From: Octopus bimaculoides
Taxonomy: Eukaryota
Length of the DNA stretch: 64,000 bases
Direction: 5' to 3'
Assembly: GCF_001194135.2 (NCBI RefSeq)
Contig: NC_069005.1
Location: forward strand, 11,070,026 to 11,134,025
Part shown: positions 52,117 to 59,020 of the stretch, one piece after another
How positions within the stretch are numbered: the first letter of the stretch is position 1
Layout of the letters: every line of letters starts with the position of its first letter
Notes under the pieces: generated by a model
What the model was told of the DNA's origin: nothing
The model's input: only the letters and a program-made list of their open reading frames with translations
Databases searched by the model: none
Translations under genes and position numbers: made by a program

Positions 52117-55100
52117 TGTGTGGTTTGTCATTACTGATAAGTCTTTGCATTAGTTTAATTATCCATCCAGCTACTTTGAATATATATAACCTTTTCGCAT
52201 CTAAACCAGCCATATTCAGCCAAAATATTCTGTTTTATGTTAAAACCAGTCAGGTATAGCCTCTCATACGTATTCTCTACTGTCATTCTTAAAATAAACA
52301 ATCACATCATTGAAATTTAAAAGCAATGCATGGTTATACTGTTCTGTATTTTAGAGATGAGGAATTATGTACAATATTTACATGGACCGGATAGTTGTCC
52401 TCACCTTCTTACCACAACGTTTCGGGTCATGTACTCTCCAGCCTTCATCAAGTGTCCTGGTGGAATTTCAAACCCAACCCTGATGAAGGCTGGAGAGTAC
52501 ATGAGCCGAAACGTTGTGAGGACATGTATCCATCCAATGTAAATATTGTAATGCATGGTTAATTCAAAACAATGTGAATAAGCATTATATTTAAGAGTAA
52601 TCTTGATGCTAATGGGTTAAACAAAGATTTATAATTTATGGAGTACCACTAATTGGTCTTGACACAAGTGGTTTCCCATTGCCTTATCTAAAACAGTAGA
52701 CTTGAACTCAGTGCCACATTCCAATGAAATATTTAATTTTGCACCACTACTGCTTCCTTGATGGTCGATTGACTGTGCTGCTAGGACATTGGATAAAATG
52801 CACTGCAATATTTTTCCCCCAGCTCTCTGTGCTGTGTTCAAATCTGACTTCTATCAATCTTGCTTTTAATCCTTTAAAAAAAAAGAGCACCAGCTCAGTG
52901 CTAATGCAGCCTTCTCCCTCCCCCCCCCTCTCTCTCTCTCTTCAGTTGCCACATTCTAGATCAGCAGTGGTTCTCAACCAATTTTTTTTACATGTGGGCC
53001 CTACCCCTCAATTCCTATTTTGCTCAGATAGACCCTCCTAGCCATTCCTAGTCATTCAGTGTTTACGAAAGCTTATTTTTATTGCTAAATACTATAAGGA
53101 ATTGTATAAAAAAAATTGTTGAAATATTTTGTGTATTGTAGAAGAATAACTAAGTTATTACATATAAACTTTACCAGCAAAATCTTATATAGACCCTAGT
53201 TGCGAACAACTGTTCTAGACATTTCTTTGTATTAAAGGTGGGTGGGCTGAAGGGGTGTCAGTGTCTGCTAGTGACCTCTCAGGTACCCAAACTAATTAGT
53301 GGAAGCCTACTACTTGCTACTAAGTTATTTTCAATTTCAGCAGTGGCTATTTTTTTTAAATGTTTTTTTTTTTTTACTTTGTTTCATTTCATTGGACTGT
53401 GGCTGTGCTGGGGCAGGCATGGCTTTCAAAGGTCTTTTTAAAACAAACGAACCCCAGTACTCTTAAGTCTGGTACTTCTGTCTCTTTTGCCTGTTATGGG
53501 TATGTAAAGAAATCAAGTCGAGCAGTGGTGATGGGGACAAGTACAGACGTGTGTGTGTGTGTACACACTTACATGACTGACCTCCACATAGTTCCTATCT
53601 ATGAAATCATGCTTTAGTTGGCTCAGGGCTATAACAGACATTTGCCCAAGGTGCTGTATCATGGCACTAAACATGAAATCATGTGCTCTGCAAAGCAAAC
53701 TTATTCACTCAACTAAACCGGTGCCTATAATTCTTTACTGCTTATTACCTGGAATTTATGCACTATGCTTTGGTACCTACATAGAACCAGGTGAAGTAAG
53801 TTCTTTGATGGCTCAATAATTTTCATCACATCCATCACAAAGTAGAAAGTGGTGCTGAGATATAGATTGTTGACCTCTGAGCTAGTTGTCTTAATATAGT
53901 TTTCCTTTTCAGCCATTTGTAAACTGTTATTTGTGGTGTTTGTGGGTGAGTTTTAGCTTGAGTACTTTATTGGAAACTGAGATGGAGCTATAGTTCTAAT
54001 GTAAGAACTTTATTGAAATTAAGGAGATCATCGTCATTGCTTAACGTCTGCTTTCCATACTAGCATGGGTTGGACGATTTGACTGAAGACTGGTGAACCA
54101 GATGGCTACACCAGGTTCCAATCTGATTTGGTAGAGTTTCTACAGCTGGATACCCTTCCTAGTGCCAACCACTCCGAGAGTGTAGTGGGTACTTTTACGT
54201 GCCACTGGCATGAGGGCCAGTCAGGCGGTACTGGCGACGGCCAAGCTCAAAATGTTGTATTTTACGTGCCACCTGCACAGGAGTCAGTCCATTGGCAACG
54301 ATGGATCTGTAAATGTTCGATACATGAATATTGTGACCCAAGTGTGCAATTGATATGAGAATAGGGCAACACTGTTCAGACTGAAGCCAACTGTTGGTAT
54401 TAGGTCTTGGGCTTTAATACATTGTCCTACTCTCCTATTACATCTGAAAATATTAGACGTTTTTTGTTTTTGTTTTGGGCCCCTGTTTATTATTTTTTTC
54501 ACTTTTAGTTTGATGCTATGCCTGTGTCATTTGAGCAAGTGATATTTTAGTCCCCTCCAAGTTCCTTCAGCTTTGAGTAGCCCAGTCTTGTAAAATTAGG
54601 TATCATTTGCCTCTTCATTCTTTCAACTGTAAAACAGTAAAACCCCTCAAGTCCTTGCTGTGCATTTAGTTGGCTGGCACTGCTCACAGTTTAGATTACT
54701 CATCAGTAAAGCACTTGTGATACTCTTAGTTTGGAAAGGAACTCTCTCTCCAATTATTGTTGGTTGTCTTAAGGTAGTAGTTAAAGAAATAATTTTATTA
54801 AATATAAAATCAAAACATAGCCTATCATTTGACTAACTCTGCAGTGGTACCTGGTGTTTTGTTGTCTGAGATATTTCTAAAAAATATTGTTAGTCCCAGG
54901 TCAGTCTAGACTGACTTGTCATCTAAGAATTCTAGTATTGGTCATGCTTGTTTACCTCTGGAATAGTGTATGTAGGGCAAAAGTATGTATCCTTCCTTCT
55001 TTTAAGATTTTAGGTTGTGATTTGAGAGAGATTTGGTTGATATTCATGGCAAATTGAGTAACCACATGGAGACCTCTACAGTTCATTCCTTCGTGGGATA

Positions 55101-58100
55101 GGTTATGTTCTTGCATTTTATTTATTTAAAAAAAATTTTCAGCTGATTGTTCTTTACACTTTTAAGCATTCAGGGATGATATAGGAATGGTGGTATATCT
55201 TGTCAGTTAACCAAAGTCAGTCAACCAGACAGGACACAGGGTGAAACAGATTTAAGTGTCTTGGTCAAGTAGTCTTTCATTGTAACTTTACAGCCATTAT
55301 CTTTCTGGATGTTGATGTTAAGAAACAATTGAGATTTGATATTATTTTCACTCTGCCCTACCCACTGCCCTCTCCCAATTATTGTTTTTTTTTTGTTTTT
55401 TTTTTGTCATGATTTCTATTTTGTTTGTTTTGGTCCAATTCTCCAGGGAGCACAAGTACCACTAGTTGTCTTCGGCCTACCACTGGTGTACAATCACTGA
55501 CCTCCATGAACTCTACCAAAGGAGAAAGGCCCCTCAACTATCCAAGCAGCAGTACTACCAACATGGAGTTAGCTAAAGTTCTAGATTTGCATCGTTTACA
55601 ACAGCAGCAGCAGCAACAGCAACAACAACACCCATCTCAACAGCCAACTTCTCCGTTGATAAGCAATGCTGCACATGGCATTTCTCAGTCTCTGAGTGTT
55701 AACAGCTCCCCGCCATTTGGCATTCCTGTCAGCAACCGGATGCCTCTACCACGTCCACTCCCCAACATCGGAGTGCATCCAGCAGCGAATGTCTTACAGA
55801 TGCAGTTTATGTTGCACGGAAGAAGTAAGTAGCTACCGGGCTTCTGAAGTGTGTTCAGTACCACTGTGACCCATCTTGTATTTCCTGCATTCTATAGTAG
55901 CATCATATTTTAGATTGTCCCATGGTAAAGTGACCTGTCTTATATTAGTCATGTTCTGTGGTGATGTTGCCATTGTATATTAGCCGTGTTCTATATTATG
56001 TAGACATTGTATTTCGGACGTGTTCTATATTATGTAGTCAGCCTGTATTAGGCATGTTCTATATTTTGTGGCCATTGTATATGTCATGCTCTATAGGGAT
56101 GTAGTCATTTTATATTAGGCATGTTCTATATTATGTAGTCATTTTATATTAGGCATGTTCTATATTATGTAGTCATTGTATATTAGCCATGTTCTATGGT
56201 ATTGTAGTCATCTTATTTACTGTGTTCTATGGTGATGTAGCCATTGTATATTAGCCAATAGTTATGTCATTCTTGGTGGTTAGGACTTACCTATGCATGT
56301 GACTACTGGGTCTGGCAAATTTTGTGCGAGAAACCTTCATGGTTCAACAGAGGTGGTTGCAGGGATGCATAGGGTGCAGAAAATAAGATAGGGGCTAGCA
56401 AGATATCTCAGTCATCCACTACGTGTGTGTCTCCATCCCTGATCATCTTGACTGGGGTTGAAGATGCCATGAACAAGAAGGTGAGGTTAATAGTGTGCAA
56501 CTCTCCTTCACTTTAAACAAATCGCCATACAAGTCATCAATCACCTTCACCCAAGATGACTAGTTGGTCCTCCTTTGTTCTGACTGACAAACATTACCCA
56601 TATTCTGTAGCGATGTAGCCATCTAATGTCACCTATTTTCCATAGAAGTGTGGCCCCTGCACAGTATTAGCCATTCTGCTTTTACCATTCCTCCTTATCC
56701 CTGGCAAGGTCAGCAGTTTTATTAAATCTAATATTAACATCTGGTTAAATCCTTGTTAACTTTGGGGAGATATGTCTTCTACAAAGGTTCACCATCAAAA
56801 TAAAGTTCTGTAGCCTTATTTTTGACAATTTGTACTTGGAATAAATTTTCTTGGAAAATTATTAACGAACAACCAGTGTATTAAGGGTATGGGACTTATT
56901 GCAATTATATTGTCACTGGGCTGACTTTGATAACCGAAAGCCATGCCAGATTTTTAGGAATGACCATTTATTATTTCCAATTCTTAACTTAAACGGGAGT
57001 TGTTTTTGTCTTTGCCTTGTTGTCTATGTCTGTAGTTTTACAGCTAATGCCCTAAGTGTATATTTAGGGTAATAAAAATTGTTCCCCCTTACATTGCCGT
57101 AAATTTGTAATCCTTTTACTGTCTGCATTCTTTTACAATACTGTGGTGACTAATCATTAATGTCATTGTCTGTTCATGAAATATAATTTGCCTCATCCTA
57201 CAGTGATGGCATTTGATTTGATGTTGTGATTGTTTCTTTTTAGAACGGCATTGTATGGTAGGTGTGGGAGACTGTATTTGGCCAGTTTGAACATAGAACG
57301 GGTAGAATATTTGGGTTGCATATGGCCAGTTTAAATAGATTTTCTTTTTCTTTTGTTTTTTTCTTGGAGAGGTGGATGGGTGGTGTGGTGTCTGAGAACT
57401 AGTCTAGCTGTGAAAGTGGTTGGTATCAAAAGCATTAGACTGGAGAACAAATAAGTTGCGACATCAGATTAAGCTGGTATTCAGCGAGTTAATCTTTTAA
57501 ACTGCATTTAGTTGGACTTAAAACTCTTTTGTCATATGTAACCTGTTTATTCCCGCACAATAGACCATTCAAGACCTGTTCCCTTATTTGTTGACGTCCT
57601 CATTATCACGATCATTAGTATTTAGCATTTGGTTTTTCTATGCTAGCATGGGTTGGACAGTCTTCTCACCATTTGTTGAGGTCTGAAGTCATTTCCTTTG
57701 TGAAGTTCGCCATTTTAAGATCATTTTCCACTACTTATGTTTGTTTGTTTTTGTTTTTTCTCTTATTTTCATTTTTAGAAACTTGTTCTTTTACAGTTTC
57801 ATATATCAACTTGGTGCAAGTCACTCAAGCATAAAAGTGTGGGGGGTTTTCTTGCATCAACCTGTCAGGCAAATTAACCTGGAAGGTTGAAACTTCAGTG
57901 ATCCATTTGGTCAGATAGTAATCCAGTATTTCCATCTCAGCTCCATCCCTTGGTGTCTACCACTCCTAGAATTTGGGCACAGGTACAAACTTTTACTGAA
58001 CAAGGTATTCAGTGCTTCACCACTCAAAAGAAAGGAAAACCACGATGGTTTCCATGCAACAATCAGACAGTGGAACTATGCAAATTAGGTGAAAATATTT

Positions 58101-59020
58101 TGCTTGAAATAGGAAGTAAGGAAACTTGAATTTAATTGACCATTGCATTAATTCATGAGTTCCATGTGTGTGTCTATCTGTGTGTCTATATTGCTTGCTT
58201 TCTGTCTATTGCAGTGGCTGCCATGCATGCACAACGCTCGGCAGCTTTGGAGACACGCTTTCCAGGCAGCATGCGAGCGGTCTATCCTGGAGTGGTAGCA
58301 CCACTGGTCCAGAGAACGTCCTTGGCTACAACTTCTTCTATTGGTATGACACCAAACCCGGCAGCTGCTGGGGTTGTGAATGTGGGCATGGGACAAGCTG
58401 TCTCCTCACAGATACCTTCTTCCCTTCACAAGCAAGGTGAGTAATTTGAATGACAGGGGTGGGGTTCAAACAGCGGCGTTGGTGATAAATGTCTGGGGAC
58501 TCAGATGGTGGTGTTGATAGCAGCCCGAGACTCTGATAGTAGTGTTGGTGGTAGCCTAGGAATCAGGTGTTGGTGTTAACGATACCCTGGGATTTGGAAG
58601 GTGGCGGTGACCTGTTATTTGGATGGTGGTGGTGTTGGTAATGGCTTAGAACTTGAATGTTGATGGTTGAGATCTGGGATGTAGATAGTGGTGTTGGTAG
58701 TGGCCTGGAACTCAAATAGTGGTGGTGCATCTGAAATTCTTCTATCTGTTCCTTTATATTCCCCAGCACCCAAGTCTACCTTTATTTTTTTGATTTTTGT
58801 TTTGTCTAATTTTATCTTTACCGTTTCAGTCTCTGGAAGCAGTTCTCAGAAATCCAGCTCTTCATCATTAGGAAATATGACAAACACATCTGGAGCTGAT
58901 GTACTGAAGTGGTTTGACAGTGACTCACTCCGGACCCAGCTTCCAAACATGCCTCTCCCGCCGCAGGGTCAGAAGGTTTTTACTGTGGACGAATTGGAGC
59001 GCAACCAGCAGGCTGTCTGA
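1637..59020 (+). CDS. EIF4ENIF1: eIF4E transporter (4E-T) orthologue; 22 coding exons in window (w1-w22), 5' end upstream of window
   Basis: Manual splicing of 22 AG/GT-bounded exons keeps one frame (4359 nt) ending in TGA at 59018-59020. Translation contains, in the correct order, the hallmark 4E-T motifs recalled from human 4E-T. Confidence 0.96.
2540..3030 (-). mobile_element. Degenerate RTE-clade LINE ORF2 C-terminal fragment
   Basis: Minus ORF 2625..2858 reads ...LQLWYYRHVIRMSQERIAKQI...SRPRTEWLNNI, the RTE pattern L.W.GHV.RM...R.RPR..W. Confidence 0.8.
5335..5402. repeat. (CA)n microsatellite; similar (CA)n at 21065-21147, (TA)n at 8865-8960, (CT)n at 31430-31515
   Basis: Directly visible. 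Confidence 0.95.
5591..5634 (-). promoter_or_regulatory. Two co-oriented YY1-type motifs (AACATGGCCGC, AAAGATGGCGGC on minus) in a CpG-retaining segment
   Basis: gcggccatgtt 5591-5601 and gccgccatcttt 5623-5634; promoter function not demonstrated. Confidence 0.4.
6385..6545 (+). repeat. Interspersed repeat family F (unclassified)
   Basis: Shares gtcagc(c/t)ctgatcgag...ggtattcc and gagggagatttggct blocks with ~3925-4085(-), 44500-44650(-), 54890-55080. Confidence 0.55.
8961..9347 (+). mobile_element. tRNA-derived SINE family A, full-length copy
   Basis: tRNA-like head (gtggctgtgtggtaag...ccgggttcagtccc), internal (TA/TG) microsatellite, gagtaaaa tail. Copies at ~605-900, 3066-3424, 20885-21316(-), 26660-27420, 36030-36170, 46940-47670, 48410-48580, 53375-53720(-), 61580-61826. 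Confidence 0.88.
11122..11393. mobile_element. Fold-back (long inverted repeat) element, ~272 bp
   Basis: Arms 11122-11249 and 11268-11393 are near-perfect reverse complements around an 18-nt loop. Confidence 0.8.
14404..14549 (+). CDS. EIF4ENIF1: 4E-T exon w2 (146 nt, 2->1): (T)SDGVWDPEKWFKAF...RRRLS
   Basis: ttctttag|C...G|gtaagt; DGVWDPEKW motif. Confidence 0.95.
15640..15778 (+). CDS. EIF4ENIF1: 4E-T exon w3 (139 nt, 1->2): DPKERLRDDCIVLSPQRRSFGTGCHV...
   Basis: ttgttgcag|AC...AG|gtaatc; matches DPRERVKEDDLDVVLSPQRRSFGGGCHV. Confidence 0.95.
17374..17509 (+). CDS. EIF4ENIF1: 4E-T exon w4 (136 nt, 2->0): RERTRRIGSGRIQLEK...NYDR
   Basis: ttctgtag|A...CGG|gtatgg; RRIGSGRI motif and R/D-rich segment. 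Confidence 0.93.
17647..17950 (-). mobile_element. SINE family C, cut by an assembly gap
   Basis: Near-identical to 22154-22460. Confidence 0.85.
19050..19080 (+). CDS. EIF4ENIF1: 4E-T exon w5, 31-nt microexon (0->1): RDINPRRINT
   Basis: Long T tract + ctcttacag| and |gtaagt; needed to bridge phase 0 (w4) to phase 1 (w6). Confidence 0.82.
20110..20313 (+). CDS. EIF4ENIF1: 4E-T exon w6 (204 nt, 1->1) with basic NRRRNIRR stretch and Cup homology domain PEWFTDGPNSKTDTIELRGFE
   Basis: ttgttgtag|CC...G|gtagga; matches human EPEWFSAGPTSQSETIELTGFD (DDX6-binding CHD). Confidence 0.95.
21626..21792 (+). CDS. EIF4ENIF1: 4E-T exon w7 (167 nt, 1->0): ...FFDLDEFFKINIPILGMM
   Basis: ctctcag|CT...ATG|gtaagt; matches human DFDFNEFFNL. 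Confidence 0.92.
22154..22537 (-). mobile_element. SINE family C, full length, ~13-bp TSD
   Basis: Reverse complement of 26997-27382; flanks ACAGTAACCGACT / ACAGTAACTGACT; (TTG)n tail. Confidence 0.9.
24595..24721 (+). CDS. EIF4ENIF1: 4E-T exon w8 (127 nt, 0->1): DGGLEETDVTQGSRFSRWFSQ...
   Basis: tttgtag|GAT...G|gtaggt; SRFSRWFS motif. Confidence 0.93.
26997..27382 (+). mobile_element. tRNA-derived SINE family C, full length, 11-bp TSD, nested in a family A copy
   Basis: AAGTACTGGAA at 26986-26996 and 27383-27393; A box (tggcccagtgg) and B-box-like ggtttcgattccc. Confidence 0.9.
28530..29110 (-). mobile_element. Degenerate RTE-clade LINE 3' fragment
   Basis: Minus strand translates LYNACVQTAMPHGSEMW and EGSCVRGRPRKIWDEVLKANLKMLSLTKEMTEDQDM*CIAVLKK, with stops and frameshifts. 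Confidence 0.85.
29766..30461 (+). CDS. EIF4ENIF1: 4E-T exon w9 (696 nt, 1->1), Q/P/T/N/H low-complexity region
   Basis: aatcag|AT...G|gtaagc; 232 open codons in the required phase (ORF track 29825..30511). Confidence 0.85.
30750..30924. mobile_element. piggyBac-type MITE, second family (175 bp)
   Basis: TTAA|CCCTTTCGTTACC...GGTAATGAAAGGG|TTAA; related copy in opposite orientation at ~35413-35632. Confidence 0.85.
32308..32424 (+). CDS. EIF4ENIF1: 4E-T exon w10 (117 nt, 1->1): GSPTNVNVHDASAQLKALLFGK...
   Basis: tttttag|GG...G|gtatgt; an alternative same-phase donor exists at 32409. Confidence 0.82.
32620..32985 (+). mobile_element. Penelope-like element ORF relic (region just N-terminal of the RT)
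   Basis: Across one stop and two frameshifts reads NISPAELSALRCL*RRKDIIIK / ANQSGGVVVWRADLYKVEALRQLQDTSF / LSSTIHNLISSS.LPTAS..IV.TPRTSTI.FLQKIRKPN. Matches the recalled PLE pattern IIIKPADKGG.VVVW...RQL.D...YLLPKIHKP. Confidence 0.8.
33934..34115 (+). CDS. EIF4ENIF1: 4E-T exon w11 (182 nt, 1->0): MPGRVKTVAEIEADL...GDMSAFNKLLSMMK...
   Basis: ttttgcag|GC...CAT|gtaaga; matches human VLSVEEVEAGL and GDMTAFNKLVSTMK. Confidence 0.93.
34859..34948 (+). CDS. EIF4ENIF1: 4E-T exon w12 (90 nt, 0->0): IPDRRSPPNLPAQPPPTIPYLTSGQNEFLH
   Basis: Strong pyrimidine tract tctttcag| and |gtaggt; open and in phase. Confidence 0.82.
35163..35397 (+). mobile_element. tRNA-derived SINE family B with 13-bp TSD
   Basis: AGAAAACTTGCCT at 35150-35162 and 35398-35410; head ggcggtgagctggc...agttcaaattc. 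Copies at ~39010-39245, 46198-46437, 63208-63423, 61927-62165(-). Confidence 0.88.
36378..36589 (+). mobile_element. piggyBac-type MITE, family E (212 bp)
   Basis: TTAA|CCCTTTAGTGTT...AACACTAAAGGG|TTAA. Related copies near 1885-2098(-), 10426-10645, 12000-12225, 22880-23103, 38370-38582, 41070-41255, 43670-43845(-), 44272-44440, 57140-57340. Confidence 0.88.
36660..37010 (-). mobile_element. Retroposon family D with (GAT)n tail, probably RTE-related 3' end
   Basis: Ends gggcatccagctgtagaaac...catgctagcatggaaagcggacgttaaacgatgatgat. Copies at 40280-40637(+), 41265-41375, 54028-54300(-), plus degenerate ones at ~8060, 13810, 24070, 48590, 49810, 51390. Confidence 0.75.
37376..37832 (+). CDS. 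EIF4ENIF1: 4E-T exon w13 (457 nt, 0->1), polyQ-rich, ends PRIPSPI
   Basis: tttacag|GCA...A|gtaagt; ORF track 37358..37960; RIPSPI resembles human RVPSPI. Confidence 0.9.
39726..39826 (+). CDS. EIF4ENIF1: 4E-T exon w14 (101 nt, 1->0)
   Basis: T-tract ttgcag|TG...ACG|gtaata; phase bridges w13 to w15. Confidence 0.82.
40916..41034 (+). CDS. EIF4ENIF1: 4E-T exon w15 (119 nt, 0->2): SATNIRPHSVLPRVNSPKDMMSFKKDMEEHERFLRKQQE
   Basis: ttcttcag|AGT...AG|gtcttt (weak donor); open and phase-consistent with w16. Confidence 0.78.
42049..42109 (+). CDS. EIF4ENIF1: 4E-T exon w16 (61 nt, 2->0): RSKSPVSISRGIPTPVNMGPK
   Basis: ttttacag|A...AAA|gtaagt; resembles human RVTKSPAPVHRG. Confidence 0.85.
43454..43562 (+). 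CDS. EIF4ENIF1: 4E-T exon w17 (109 nt, 0->1): TSVSVAFTPTSVIRKMHSEK...
   Basis: ttttttag|ACT...A|gtatgt; FTPTSVIRKM motif. Confidence 0.93.
43859..43985. mobile_element. Tc1/mariner-type MITE (127 bp)
   Basis: TA|CAGTGTGTCCACAAGGTCTGGGTACATG...CATGTACCCAGACTTTGTGGACACCCTG|TA; 28-bp TIRs with 2 mismatches and TA TSD. Confidence 0.88.
44757..45178 (+). CDS. EIF4ENIF1: 4E-T exon w18 (422 nt, 1->0), S/P-rich
   Basis: T-tract ttttag|GT...CAG|gtagga; ORF track 44780..45322. Confidence 0.86.
45250..45612. repeat. 27-bp minisatellite (GCACCACCACTCGCATCTCTTAATCCG)n, about 12 units
   Basis: Visible tandem units with variable CAC number; minus ORF shows SGGAGLRDA repeats. Confidence 0.92.
47790..47979 (+). 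CDS. EIF4ENIF1: 4E-T exon w19 (190 nt, 0->1), ends AGRPIVK
   Basis: tgtttcag|AAT...G|gtaaca; ORF track 47694..48068. Confidence 0.86.
50050..50396 (-). mobile_element. tRNA-derived SINE family G (head cut by gap)
   Basis: Minus strand cagtggttaaag...gagttcgaatcc (A/B boxes), then ttcttgagtaagacactttatttc body. Partial copies at ~13290-13500, 16300-16490, 46500-46720. Confidence 0.75.
52188..52620 (-). mobile_element. piggyBac-type MITE (family E) interrupted by the palindromic insertion
   Basis: Reverse copy of the ~212-bp family; right end aatgggTTAA; sequence resumes on both sides of the TSD. Confidence 0.75.
52337..52549. mobile_element. 213-bp palindromic insertion with Penelope-type hammerhead-like cores, 12-bp TSD
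   Basis: AATGCATGGTTA at 52325-52336 and 52550-52561; 38-bp inverted arms 52413-52450 / 52481-52518 (1 mismatch); outer 13-bp IR 52371-52383 / 52537-52549; CTGATGA...GAAACGTT in the right arm. Confidence 0.8.
52962..53212. mobile_element. hAT (Charlie/Buster-like) MITE
   Basis: CAGTGGTTCTCAAC...GTTGCGAACAACTG ends; flanks TTCTAGAT / TTCTAGAC fit an 8-bp nnnTAnnn TSD. Related left ends at ~4612 and ~62993. Confidence 0.72.
55447..55824 (+). CDS. EIF4ENIF1: 4E-T exon w20 (378 nt, 1->1), polyQ
   Basis: ctccag|GG...A|gtaagt; ORF track 55425..55832. Confidence 0.87.
55935..56256. repeat. 34-bp minisatellite (CATTTTATATTAGGCATGTTCTATATTATGTAGT)n, about 9 units
   Basis: gtagtc recurs at 56101 and 56135 (period 34). 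Confidence 0.9.
58215..58436 (+). CDS. EIF4ENIF1: 4E-T exon w21 (222 nt, 1->1)
   Basis: attgcag|TG...G|gtgagt; ORF track 58136..58444. Confidence 0.87.
58470..58735. repeat. Decayed ~33-bp GGT-rich tandem repeat in the last intron
   Basis: Recurring ggtggtgttggtagtggcctggaactc-like units. Confidence 0.55.
58830..59020 (+). CDS. EIF4ENIF1: 4E-T terminal coding exon w22 (191 nt): ...VLKWFDSDSLRTQLPNMPLPPQGQKVFTVDELERNQQAV*
   Basis: gtttcag|TC...TGA; matches human C-terminus LAKWFGSDVLQQPLPSMPAKVISVDELEYRQ (LSM14-binding region). Confidence 0.96.
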
